Counted from the stretch's first letter, positions 1 through 13,395 are shown. The stretch: 64,000 nt of DNA from Bigelowiella natans CCMP2755 (GCA_000320545.1 ADNK01001164.1:32279-96278), one strand, 5' to 3'. Notes: generated from the sequence alone by a model not told the origin. Translations and numbers: made by a program.

Positions 1-57
1 TAAAAGGCATCCCTTAAAAATTTTAAAATTTGAATTTTGTCCTTCGTTCGTGAACAG

Positions 58-617
58 CAAAGCCAAGATGAAGAATGTTAGAGAGATGGGTAAAAATTAC
101 ACAAGTTTTCATGTCTAGCATAAATTCTTATTTAAGACTCATGTATTTGTTTTGTGATGGATAAATTTGACATACATTCTATAAATCGGACATATTGTAA
201 AATGCTTTTGTTTGGTTCTAAAGGTAACAAGGATATATTCATCCCAGATCCTTCTATTCTTACAAGTCATACATTAGCAAGGGGAGCAAGCAAAGAGAAG
301 TTGCATAGAAATAGGACCAACTCAACCTCCAGCTACTCGACATTTGTTAATGCTCATCTGCGGCTAATCTTCTCTACAAAAGACCAGAGCAATATAGAGC
401 CCGTTACTATGAACACATCAATCCCGTGTCCGATACCCCAATCCTACCGGTATTTGTGCAGTCAAATCGAACACATATTTTTTCCAACATCACAAAAAGA
501 TTTCAAAACATTTTTATATTATAGAGGAATTTAATATAGAGGAATTTGATACCATAATGATTAAGAGAAGTTTATTTGCTAAAATGGATATTCTGGTTTT
601 CAAAATTATACTGCACA

Positions 618-653
<36 letters not shown>

Positions 654-1051
654 TCGCAATATATATTCTTGTATAAATGTTTGTGTGTGTGTGTGTGTGT
701 GTGTGTCTGTGTGTGTATTGTAATTTTACAATTATATTTATCTGATGATATCCTGCTGAATTTAAAACCCTTCTATGAATCTGTCTAAATCACTCGTTCA
801 TTTAGTGAGGCTATATTGATGTTGGAATCGAATCATAACCTTACGAAGTAATACCATTATATTGTAATTTCAATCGCAATAAAATTACATTTTATTATCT
901 GCTTTTAAATGTCTTGAAAAAATAGGTGAATATTATCCAATATTACTTTTACACATATATATTATTTAAACACATTCACACATACATACATACAGCTATA
1001 CATATATACACGTTTACATACACTGACAAATATATACATATGTATGTGTTT

Positions 1052-1088
<37 letters not shown>

Positions 1089-1538
1089 AATTTTGCAAAA
1101 TTCCTAGACTTCATTGATGATTTAACATACTTTTTGGACTAAAAAATCTAAAATCTTATTTTAGGCTTAAAAATGATCTCTTTTCATTGAGAAGAGCACG
1201 TGTAAATTCTGTTTGGGACAAAGATCTTTTCAATTCTGCTTCAATGAGGGATCTAGAGGTAAGTCAAAAAGAAGAATTAAGCATTTCTTATTCTTTGTTG
1301 ACTAGTATCTCATGGCACGAAGAACCTTCATAATGTGTATATTTAAAACAGCGCACCCAAAATTATTCATAATTTTCACACATGTTAACTTGCAGTTAGA
1401 ACTCGGATATCGAATGTATCTAGAACGCAAGAAGTCGGAATCAAGAGGATTATTCTCATCCCACATGTGGTTAGAATAATTTTAGAAATAAATAAATATA
1501 TACTCTATATATATTATTAAATTTACTGTGAACAATCT

Positions 1539-1580
<42 letters not shown>

Positions 1581-2910
1581 AATACAAAATACGTGCATAA
1601 TATCTGTTAAGGTATATGCAGCATCGTTACCAGCAAGAACATGCAAAAAAGGTGCTGGGAGTTCTCGCAAGAATGATTAAAGAAAGGCATAAACATCATC
1701 CATCTATTGCATCATCTCGACATCCTGTTTTTGAAAGATTGCTCTCTTCAAATGGATCTGGGTTCTAACTTTATTTTTTTATTAATATACAACAATTAGA
1801 CTAGGAGAGAACTTATAATATTTGTTGCAATCTAAAGTTTCACCAAAATTAAAAACATACGTCCACACAAACATACACACATTTTGTTGGATACTCTATA
1901 CTTAATACCGCCTCTTCGTAATATCATGTTATCTGATACTTAGCTGGGGCAATGACGCTATTTTAAATTATTTGGTAATCTATTATTAAGTGAAAATTGA
2001 CTGGGTTAATCATATAGATGAGAATAAAAGGATGTATATAATAAACGATGATCGGTATAGAATGTTAAGCCACTCTACAATTACAAATATCTTTTTTTCC
2101 TTTCCCACTCTATATCTGGTTAATCTCGTCTAGGTATGTTTTATTTGAAATTTGGATCTGCTATTCATATTTTACCATAATAGGATCAAAATTTTAATAT
2201 GTTGAAAACCTTGAAGGGTGAAAGATTTATATGCGTAGCCCAAAAAATTGCGGTAAGAACCTTGTAATTGACTTCCAAATGAATTTTGGGCACATACTCC
2301 ACAATTTTCATATCGTTGGGTTTATATCAACTTTCAATTTATTTATTTGACAATATTCTGTTAGAAATGGATGGGAATAGAAATGGATTTCAAACTGAAG
2401 GATGAGGATGATTTATGGGCCAATCTTGTATGTTCTCAATACCGATATCGTAAAATTCATTGAATAATATCTGGAGATGATAGAATGAAGAATTTCAATT
2501 ACACTCGTTTTTTTAAAAAAAAAATTTGCATGGCAGATAAGAAAACGAGATCTTGCGGCGCTCAAGGCTGGAGAAGTGAGGAAATTTCTATGGAATAACT
2601 GTTTTTTTAAACTTCGATAGGACGGAATATATTTTTCATATGCTGCTATTTAATCAATGCAGCAATTACTACTACTATGGATCAAAAGAACAATATAAAA
2701 GATGTCATAATTTTCTTCGTAATTTTCAAATAAAAGGCATATCCTTGGCGGAGTTTTGTTGGAGTTCTCCATGATTATAACATTCCAGTCGACAATCCAA
2801 AAACTGAAGTCCCTTCGATATACATAAATGCATCAAGAAATGAATTAAAGGCATTTATCTCTTCCATGAAAAGAGATAGATATGACCAGATTGATAATTG
2901 GGATGATTAA
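58..2910 (+). CDS. 3' part of a multi-exon hypothetical protein gene (5' end outside the window)
   Basis: Phase-consistent GT-AG exon chain 58-89, 224-449, 1165-1258, 1396-1469, 1612-1761, 1944-1974, 2184-2252, 2365-2427, 2537-2575, 2737-2910. It translates without stops (...KAKMKNVREMGNKDIFIPDP...LKNDLFSLRRARVNSVWDKDLF...AYPWRSFVGVLHDYNIP...DNWDD*). It could instead be two genes split at the TAA ending at 1768. No family recognised. Confidence 0.6.
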
Positions 2911-2977
2911 ATGACCGATATTGCATTTGTAAATCTGAATGACATCGTTATAGAAACTAATAGGTACAACGTACACA

Positions 2978-3062
2978 AGAGCTATAGCCGCACCTCTTCA
3001 CAGCTACATTAGGATGAGTATGTTGAAAAGTATGATTATTTAATTACATCCGTTTCATATGT
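2978..3062 (+). repeat. Diverged copy of the ~85-bp segment at ~4058-4145 (putative LINE 3' UTR)
   Basis: gctatagccgc...cagctacattaggatgag...ttgaaaag...attacatccgtttcata aligns with ctgcagccgc...tagctacattaggatgac...ttgaaaag...attacattcgtctcata. Confidence 0.6.
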
Positions 3063-3729
3063 GTTGAGTGTGTGCATGATTATGTCCACAGATTAACTCA
3101 ACCATGCTAGAATGTGTGCGTTGTGATTCAATGAGCCGCGTCTCGCAAATTGCCATTACTGCAACAGGGAATTACGCGCTAAGGGCTGTGATGCAGCGCT
3201 CATTTGACCGGCACAAATGTGTGATGACAACAATTAACAACAATAATTGACATGCATCGCTTCATGATCGGCACACATTTGTGATGACAATGACAACAAG
3301 TTATATTGCATATACATCATTGCTTTGCATGCACACGCGCATGCACGCGCCCTGCTGCCGCCAACGCTTGCGTATCGATGATGGTGCGCGCCTCGGCGGC
3401 TGCATGTGCGTGTGATGGATGGAAAGTTGTGGAATCATGGCGGAGCAGTTTATTCAGCTTATTTGTCGTTACATGAGGATCATCAAATCTGCCACTTTCT
3501 AGCTTTGTCCAATTTGAAGAAGAACAATGATGGTCCAATGATTTGACAAGAGCTGCAGAGCTGAAACATTTCAGTTTTTTTCCATCCTCCGTTCGTATCA
3601 CAAGCATCAAATTGAAATTGCCAAGTTTTGTCATCACATGCCACATGAACATGCGCATCATCTGTTATGCGTATGGGGTGGGCGCGCACAATCTTGGAAA
3701 ATTCATGTCATTGTCATGCTGTTGTCCCT

Positions 3730-4150
3730 GAGGACAAGACCCATTGTCCACATGAAAAAGCAGATCGATACCACATGCATGTGATCGACACCTGAGTGGC
3801 GGTGTCTTGAAAGACATGGATCATCTCCTAATGCAATGCGAGGCATGCGCGCAAACACGGACAGCTCTGATTGCGCAACCCAATGCTGAACGTGATGTCG
3901 TGAATCGAAATGATGAGACGAAACATTTGACTGAAACTGGAAAAGCAGCTAGAGGCATGGACCGCTGCGCGCACCGCACGTCATCGAAGACAGGATGCAG
4001 ATACCCTCAAATGCATGAAACACACAACAATGGACGAAACAAACAGATGTAATCTAAGCTCTGCAGCCGCTGCTATGCATAGCTACATTAGGATGACCAT
4101 TGAAAAGATTTAATCCATTCATTACATTCGTCTCATACATGCGTGACTAA
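3730..4150 (+). mobile_element. 5'-truncated, decayed non-LTR retrotransposon (LINE) 3' end
   Basis: One frame reads CDRHLSGGVLKDMDHLLMQCEA(C)AQTRTALI, resembling the C-terminal zinc knuckle of LINE ORF2 (C..C....EDxxHLLxxCxAYxxxRxxL). It is followed by a segment that is repeated at 2978-3062. Confidence 0.45.
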
Positions 4151-4215
4151 GCGAAAGCAGTTTTACAAATCTTCACATGTGTGCTTACAGTATGCAAGCT
4201 AGATGGAGCATCATC

Positions 4216-4321
4216 TTATGGGTGGTAAGTCTGGTTTGTAAGGATGTGAACTGATAGAACAATCACTATTATGGGTGGTAAGTGTGGTTTGTAAGGATGT
4301 GAACTGATAGAACAATCACTA
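4216..4321. repeat. Two-copy 53-bp tandem duplication
   Basis: ttatgggtggtaagt(c/g)tggtttgtaaggatgtgaactgatagaacaatcacta x2, with one mismatch. Confidence 0.9.
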
Positions 4322-4428
4322 TAGAATTGGAACGAAACTTATAGAATCAATCAATGAAATCAGTTAAGAAACACATTTTAACAACTTTTTTGATTAGAGT
4401 GCCGTCGCCTAAAGAGGGGCTTTTAATT

Positions 4429-7415
4429 TTAAATCCAAAACGAGCCGTCATGATCTTCCTCAAAGCTTTCTCCTTGATCGTCAAAGACTGCTACATTTGA
4501 TGATTGATAAGTACCTGCCTTTTGAGCGGATACAAAATCATGATGACGATGATGATTATTGTTATTTTTTTCACTCTCCTTGTTGTTATAATTCCAAGAG
4601 ACAGATATTGTGTCACTAAAGCTAATATCAGGTTTCTCATTCATCCAAAAATCTTTTGGGCTGTGTAATCCAAGCTGCCTCAATGATATCTCTGCTGCTT
4701 CGACTCTCAATGTATCAAGAAACGTTTCATTATTATTATTATTATCTGCTGTTGTAGTAGTAGTATTCGCCATGGTTTTACTTTCAACATTAGTGTCTGG
4801 AGGCTGGGAAATGATAAGTATACGCGCTTTCGTTCCAGCACACACAAACCCCTCACTTGGTCTTGCTACAACTACCCGTGTTCTATCGTTCTCGTCGTTG
4901 GAATGTGCTGCTATAATGCGAAATGCTACATCTCGTGATCCAACGTTTTTTAAAGAGACAATGTGTTTCTCTGCCCCAACAGCATTTAAACTACAATTGA
5001 TCACTGAGGGATTTAACCGTATTGACACATGTCTGTTTCCCCCGATTATGTTTTTGGAATTCAGCATGGTGCTGCTGAAACTGTTACCAACAACTGGAAG
5101 AGGAGTTCTTCTTTCAGTTGGAATTATCATTGGAAGATCTGCTGGTGCTGCAGTTGAGATGACGCTACTACTCGTGATACTACTACTGCTGCTGCGACTG
5201 CTAATGCTACGACTACTAACACCACTGCCTCTGTGTTTATCTTTAGAGTAGAGCTGCTGCTGCTGCTTATGCTGCTGGAATGGTGATATGGAAGAATGAT
5301 TTATTGCAATAATGTTGCCATCATTGCCACTACTACTACTACTATTACGAATGCTATTTTCCTTGGCTGCTGCTACCATCATTTTTTCATCATAATTGTC
5401 GCTGCTTGTTGTTGTAGTTGTTGTTGTTGTTGTTGTTGTTGTCATCACTTGGAAAGGTGGTTGTATCTTTTTCGAGTGAGTAGTAGTATTAGTAGTAGAA
5501 GTTGATTGATCTTCGTTATCATCCCACTCACAAGGTATTACAACGTTACGAGCACCACGTTTGTTAATAGGATCTTTCCAAAAAGTCACAGGATCCTTCT
5601 TCTCATAATCCACAAATTTCTCCCCGAGCTTGTACCACAGTAAGAGCAATTTATGCTGAATTGGTTTCTCTATTGGACCTAATTTCTTTGCAGTAATTCT
5701 TACACTAATCTTCTTTCCAGCGTCTAGAAATCCACAGTGTGGCATCACGATGAAGTCATTGGGAGCATTTGTCCGTATCTTATATGCAGATGCTGTAGTA
5801 TCACTATTAGTTACTGTAAGCTTTTTTGGATGTTTGATAGGCGGTGTTACCTTTGAAAAAAGCAAACGATTTGGATGGATAGAAATCTCTCCGGTGCTGC
5901 TTACCCCCCCTCCTCTCTTACTGCCACCAACGATACCCCCCCCTTTCTTCTTCTTTGTCTTCTTCCTGTGATAAGATGGTAACTGCAGACGAGTGACGAC
6001 TGCCTTCTTATTCTTATTACATTCATCTGCTACATTCAATTCTGCTGCTACTGCTTCTTGATCTTGTTCTTCTTCAGCTTTAGTAGTAGTAGTAGTAGTA
6101 GGAGGAGATGTCAACGAAGGAGATGTAGAATTATTATTATTATTTGTAGTAGTAGTAGCACCGGGAAAAGCAGCTGCGCTGGTACCAGAAACATTTGTCG
6201 GCGAAGATTGGGGAGAATTAACTACTGATTTGAAGTCAGAATATGATGATGATGATGATACGTTTAATTGATCTACACTGCTGCTGCCAGTGGTGTTTGT
6301 AACATTACTACTTTCGTCGTCTCCCCCCTCCCCCCATGAACATTCTAAGCATGTGTCTAATATCGGTCTTCGTTCAACTTTAACACGATTCCAGAATATA
6401 AGATGTGTTGGACTTCCTCCCCTTCTTCTTTGAGCTAATTCTCTATGTGTCAACGACGCAGTTTGTATTAGCAATTTAGCACCAGGAGGAAAATGTCCTG
6501 ATGAGGCCTTTGTGAGCAGTCTAATTTCAATTTTCTCACCGCCTTTTACGAAGCCGTATCTAGGTCTGATAAAATGGTTTTTAGGCACATTTGTACGCAC
6601 CCTATACCCAATCACATGTGTTGTGGGATTTTCAATAATAAGTTTCTTCAGAACATTAGTTTGAAGTAGCTGGTATTTGTCGTATGTGATACTTTGCGGT
6701 GATATTAAGAGCCTCTTGAGAATGCTCATAGATCTCGAAGAAAATGATAAACTTCCTACAACATCATCACCCTCTTCTCCTAATCTAGCTGTTGTTGCTT
6801 CTTCTTCTTCTTCTTCTTCTTCTTCTTCGTCAACAGTACAATTAGCACCTCCTATGATTGCCCCTCCTCCTTCCTCTAACCCAATAATACCCTGAGCATG
6901 CAGAACCTCACTACAACTACTATTGCCGTCATCTCCTCCTCTCAACAAAGAAGAAGAAGAAGAAGAAGAAGGAGGAGGCTGAATATAAATCTTAAACTGT
7001 TGTTTGCCATCATTATTACTACTGTCAGGGTCACCATCATTAGCACCCGGATTAACACTACTAATAGCTGTTGTTGTTGTTGCCAAAGCAGCACCAGAAG
7101 AACCGTTTGTCGTCGTTGTCGTTGTCGTCGTGGTTTGATGAGATGATGAATCATGAGAGCCAGCAGCAGTAAGAATAGTAGTAGTAGGAGTAGTAGGAGT
7201 AGTGTTGTTATCAACAGAAAGACCAGTAGCTGCTGCTGTGGGTGTTGTTGTAGTAGTTGTAGCAGAAGTAGTAATGACTGGAATAATTGTCACTTCCTGC
7301 ACAGTCATGATAGTATTATCCCCTTGGCTGGTACGGCTAACTTCATTTTGAGATAACTCGTCGGCGGCATTGTTATCCATCGTCATTCTAATGGGTACCT
7401 ATTGCACACGTTATA

Positions 7416-7463
<48 letters not shown>

Positions 7464-8773
7464 ACGAGCAGAAAAAATAAGAATAATGGTAAGAAGAAGA
7501 CCCACGATGATGATGATGATGATGATGGTGATGATCTCAATTACAAGAAGAGTAACGAGTAACAAACATGGACTACATACACAACCGTAATATTATCATA
7601 TGTTTGCGTGTTCATTTTGTTCTTATCACAAGCGTCACACGATATTGGTGCGATCATGCCGTTACACAGAAGAAGAGAATACTTGAATTATGGATTTGTA
7701 AAGTAGTATTCGATAAGATTCAAATAACAAATAGACAACGCACCACATGTACTCTAACAGGTGTAGGAGGAGAAGAAGGAGCAGTGGTGGTAGTTGAAAT
7801 CCTTGAGATTGATTTGTCGTTGTGATTCTGCATGGGATCGGCTGAAAATGATGCTATTGGCGAGAAAGAGTTGTCCTTCACTTCACTCATAGATTGCTGC
7901 TTTCTGCTGTAATTGTCCTTTTGCTTTTCTTCTTCTTCTTCTCCTTCTTCCCCATTGTTGTCATCGTCGTCATCATTATCATCATTTCTTGGCGTAGTTG
8001 CGGGTTGTTCGTGGTCTAAGCTACTTGCTTTTGCTCCTCCTCCCCCAAGAATTAAGAAACTATCTGACTGCGGACGTTCAACTGACAACATTCAAAATTT
8101 CAAGGAACAAACTGAAAAATCATAAAATTGCACATAAAATGAAAGAGTTAAAAAGAAGAAGACATATATTATATGTGGGAAAAGTGGTGAGCGATTTGAC
8201 TGCTTTGACGTGAAGTTGATTAAGTGATTAATATTACCCTGTCGCCTACTCTGAGTCGTCGTATTTGTTCGAGGGGTAATACTCGGCGAGGAGGACGGTT
8301 TTATGTCCACCACGACCATTTCGTTCTTATTATTGGATGATGGTGATTTGGCTGCTGCATCTGATGATGGTGTAGTAGGATTGGAACATGTGAATGATAC
8401 TATTTAATCATATATAAGGATAGTAATGAGAAGAATGCGATTGCAGCAGTAAGAAGAAGAGGAGGAAGAAGAAGTTTTTTTTTTTTTTTGAGTAATGATG
8501 GTGTCGGTAGATAAATATCTTTTCTCCCCCGCCCTCAAGGGATAATAAGAAGATGCTACCACGTGTTGTTGTTATTGCTTTGCTGCTGCTGCTGCTGCTG
8601 CTGCTGTAATGTCGCGTTAAAATTAAAAGATACACACTACTACCGTATTTACTCTTTGGCGTTTCTTCCTCCTCAATAGACGCTCCTTCAACTATTGTAT
8701 TATCTTCTTCTTCTTCTTGTTCCCTAGCAATATCTTCTCCCTTGTCGTTCAGCTCCAAACTTGTCCCGCTCAT
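4429..8773 (-). CDS. Large low-complexity protein with three MSP (major sperm protein/VAP-type) domains
   Basis: Exons ~8773-8644, 8399-8238, 8081-7753 and 7398-4429 join in phase. The last exon has three MSP-like repeats (LLISPQSI...IENPTTHVIGYRVRTNVPKNHFIRPRYGF; ISIHPNRLLF...VTNSDTTASAYKIRTNAPNDFIVMPHCGFL; IRLNPSVI...LKNVGSRDVAFRI...ARPSEGFV). No C-terminal transmembrane helix. Confidence 0.85.
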
Positions 8774-9328
8774 TAATAGACTCGAATAATGACGATTTCT
8801 CCTACTAATTTTTGCAATAATATGACGGGGCTGCTGTTTTTTCTTATGGTTGCTAGCATAAGGAGAAGTAAACTAGTTACTGCTTATAAAGATTGAGTAG
8901 TAATGAGACCACCTTGTAACTGATCACCAATCAATGTCCTAGAAGTACCTACCAAAGATCGATCGATAAAAATCTCTCTCTATGCTGTTTTGGAATGATG
9001 ATACTACTACGTTCTACAAAGCCGTGTTGCTGTTTTTCCTACTTCTGGCAAATACAAGTAGTAGATCCAAGAAGAAAATTAAGGAGTTCCAGAAGGAGAA
9101 CCAACCGACCGATGGCTATGTCTTCCGGCCTATCGAATCTAATGAGGAGGTGCTTTTTGATGGCGGCAACTCACAACTTTTAAGATAAAAATTGAGATAC
9201 TATTTCGTTATGAAGGAAATGAAAGGGGTTTTAAACCTACGTCAATGTCATTTGCAGTGACGCTTACCACTTTCATTCTCTCGTGAGTTCGAGCCGATGT
9301 GATGGGCTGTTCCATTCGACGTTACAAG

Positions 9329-9386
<58 letters not shown>

Positions 9387-9856
9387 ATAGATCTATTATT
9401 ACTAGATATACCAAGGATACGACTTAACTGGCTATCTACCTAACTATCTACCTATCTACCTATCTACCTATCTACCTATCAACTACTATAACTCTTTACT
9501 ACGAGGAAACTTCCAAATTTTCTTACCACACTGCTACATTAATACTACTACCTACTACCACGAGTAGTAACCACTGCTATACTTCTCGTGGGGAGGGGGG
9601 GGGGAGTATTTACTACCAGACTGCTTCTCGAAGAGAAGAAGGAAAACAAAGGCAAGGAGAAGAACGACAACGGGGAAGGAGGATCATTCGCGTAATATAC
9701 CTAACTACCTCTCCCTTTTCCTATCCCCGACGAAGATACGGTCCTCCTCCTCAGGACCCGAAACTGACATAGGGAGGGAGGGTGACAACGACAACGACAA
9801 CGACAACGACGACGAATACGTGACCTTCTTCTTCTTCTTCTTCTTCTCCTTCTTCG

Positions 9857-12462
9857 ATGAGAATCTTAACGAGAATCGTTGTTACCACCACCGCTGTTTG
9901 GGCTGGTTTTCCGATCTTACTCATGATGGCCACCTCCTCCATAAAAGCAGTTGCTCCTTTTGCTGCTGCTGCTACCGCTACTGTGCCCATTCTCCTAACG
10001 TTAACAAGGCCAGTTATTCTACACGAGAAGCACTTCCACCACCCAAATTTAGGAATGATTAGGATGAAGATGACGAAGATGAGCGCAGTAGAGAGGAGGC
10101 GGCAATCTTGTGGTTATTGTCTGAAAAGGACAGGGACAATGTGGAGAAAGGAGAAGGTGGTACAACAGATTAAGAGTAACAAAGAGCAACATGATCCTCC
10201 TTATGTTGAATCTAGTCCTTCTTCAAGGGAAAAGAGAAGGTACTATCTACGACAAGCTGTTTGGTCCTGTGTTGCTAGTGCCGCAACTGCAATTGTTGGA
10301 ACTACTATTACTACTAGTAGTAGTCGGGCTGCTGCATCACCGATAATGGCAACGGCGATTAATAATGCAGCAATGGATAGTAGTGATAGTACTAGCATTG
10401 CATCTGCTTCTTCACCAAATACTATTCTTCCTAATGGAAATAAGAAGAGAGTAGTTGTGATCGAACCGACTGATAAGAATGGTGGTGATGCTAGTGGTGG
10501 TGCTGCTTCTAACACAATGGCAACAGGATTGAGTTTTTCCACAATCAACGATGCTATCGAGGGTGCACAGGCAGGGTCAACCATCTTAATTCCTTCTGGG
10601 GTGTACGAGGAACAGATAGATATAAATAAACCCAACTTGACACTGAAGGCAGCACTTATTATTCACGGTGACGACGATCACGACGACCCTGGGTGAGTGG
10701 CATCTATCTATGGTGGGAGAAGAACGATAGTAGGCGGTGGCCATAATCATCATCGTCATCATCATCATCTTATCAGTGGTTCTATCCTTATAAAAATGTT
10801 AGCAACTTATACTTGACTTGTTACTATTTATCCAGGGTGGTTCTGATACAAAGTTATACTTGTTATTTTTTATTTATTTATTCAGGGTGGTTCTGATCGA
10901 ACATATGACAGAGAATCCGTATGAAAACACGATACGAATCAGTGCGCCAAATGTTACAGTGACAGGGGTGGGTACTTACTAATTGTTAGTATCGTAAAAG
11001 TGATAATAATAATCACTGTGAAGTACTTATTATTTTTTATAGCATTGTAAAAGTGATAATGACAGTGGGATATGTAGCTCATCCAGATCATCATGTAAAC
11101 GACGACGAATTGTGTACCAATCAACCATCTTGTAGAATAAACTCTAAAGTTATCTTCTCTCTCTCTCTCTCTCTATCTATCACTGAAATTAGCTGACAGT
11201 TCGCCATTCTTCGCCTTCCGTTGCCTCTAATTATGCTGTTAGAGTAGATTCAACGGGGTCCAAGTAATAATTACTACTAACAACCATCACAATAAAATAT
11301 TGTTATTACTATAATCATCATGAAGCTACCTATCAACATCTTGTGTCAGAACGATTACGTTCGATCGTGATTATTGAATATTATATCCATTGAGTAGTAC
11401 TCTTCAGTGCTATTATTATAACAATCGCACGGTTCATGAATAGGGTTTGATTGGCTGCAACTCCATCATTATTCATGCATAAATAGGTTAATTGCCTGCT
11501 CAATAAGCAGCAAGACTGGAAGTGGTATTGGCACCGAAGGAGGTAGTAGTAACACCTATCATAAAATAGGAGAGGAAAGGAGGCCATGCAGCTATTGGAA
11601 TGCTGCTTGTACAGCTTTATCATCAATCCCCATCCCCATCCCCAGTGTCAATCAACTATGGATTCATGATATATCCATTGGTCATAATTTCTCGTTAAGT
11701 AGGAGACTTTATGGTTTCTTCCTGCGACATAAACTTCTGTAAGAGGCACGGAGTGGCCATATTTCCCGGTCTAACATCTGAGCGGACAAGTGTCACTTCG
11801 ATTGAGAATTGTCGCATCCGAAACAATGGATTATCTGGGGTTTATGCTAGAGGCGATGCACAAGAGGTGGTTGGATAGTTTTGAATGAAGTGGTGACTAC
11901 TGCTGCTGCCGATGATGATGATGATGATGATGATGATACGTAATAAATAAATAAAAGTAATTGGTATCTACTGCCATACGTGTGTTGTTAGGTTTCAATC
12001 TTTAGGTCCGAAATATCAAACAATGCACAATGGGGTAGTAAAAGTATTTTTAAATGATGATATGCTGTTTCAATCGTCAAATAGTTTGCAGCAGCCAAGT
12101 ACATATGAAGGTGGATATCGCTGAAAGTGTTAAAAAAATAGAAATTACATGCAGTTCTGAGAAACGAATGACATTAAGAAACGCGATAAAAACGATTAGC
12201 AAGGCCGTACGAATTTAGTTGATACATACAAATTGTATACTCTGATAGTCAGCATCGTGATAGGCAGTAGAACGGCAATCCTAATTATTATATTACTACA
12301 GGTGTTACAGCTTCAGGAGGTGCGTTTGTTTCAGTGGATAAGTGCACATCTTTGAACAGAAATGGTAAGGGAAAGATAAAAGAAGACACAGATGCTGCTG
12401 CCAGGGTTCTTCCAGGCGCTGTATCAAGCAGTAGCAGTGAAGCGCAGGAGTTTTGTGCATGA
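9857..12462 (+). CDS. Right-handed parallel beta-helix (pectin-lyase-like) protein, predicted thylakoid lumen-targeted
   Basis: FSTINDAIEGAQAGSTILIPSGVYEEQIDINKPNLTL beta-helix cap. Spliced exons ~10886-10966, 11193-11263, 11487-11542, 11703-11866, 11992-12034 and 12302-12462 give PbH1-like repeats (CDINFCKRHGVAI, CRIRNNGLSGVYA, SEISNNAQWGV). The N-terminus has a hydrophobic signal, a basic transit region, then KRR + hydrophobic + AAA. Confidence 0.8.
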
Positions 12463-13395
12463 TTCATGATCTAAATTCAAATTGATGACATAATGAATGA
12501 CATCATGAATATGATGTTGTTCAGTTCTCATGTTCTGTTCCTGTGCTAGTTTCTTGCGCAATCGCATACACATACGACCATGCATAAGAAGCTCCTTTAT
12601 TCGATCATTGCAAACTGCTGATGACGCATGTCTAGTACGTAGATGTGTGCCTAATGTCTAGCCATGTAACAGCATGGCAAGGGAAACTTGTTATACGTAG
12701 CCAAACGTTGTTCATGCATTTATGCTTTGTTGTTATTTTATTCATGAGATGCATGCTGTGCATGAGACACATGCATTTGTTTTGCTATGCTTGTCTGCGT
12801 ACTATGCGCATGCAAATGAAGCTACATGCATGCAACGTGTGCTGTTGCGGAAGCCGCTAGAGCCGGTACGTTCTATAGCGTTGTCACAGTTTCACAGATC
12901 AATAATAGTAACATATAGGCAGAGATTGTGGCAACCAATTGTTAGCGCACTCGACACGTACATGACAAGCTCATGTAAACGAAAGCACAATCAATCAACA
13001 TGCACAAAAATTGCAATTGTAGTTGCATGGGCACCATATCGTGCATAACTTCAGCCTCTCTAGCTCTAGGCTAATATGCCAGCGTACGTAGTGTTGTTAC
13101 ATGCACAACATGCAACAACAACAACAACAACAACAACAACACATCGTCAGGCACATGGTATGGGTGTGCCATATTGTGTGTGAAAGCTGTGCGAATTGTT
13201 CACAGCACATATGGCGTGCATTGCATGTATCTAGCTATGCAACATATTCAGTGCTATGTTTACACAATAATATAACTATATAGTTCGTTGTAGAAGATGT
13301 CTGGAACATGGCCACTCGATCTATAATTGACAACATAATATCTCCACATCTTACACTGACTTAGTAATGGAGATCTTGCTCTCATCAAGTGATCA

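Noticed and set aside
2719-2736. 18-nt GT...AG resembling a nucleomorph-type tiny intron
   Set aside because: A phase-consistent ordinary intron (2576-2736) explains the gene. No other tiny introns support a nucleomorph origin.
4610-5251. 213-aa plus-strand ORF
   Set aside because: Antisense shadow of the MSP-domain exon.
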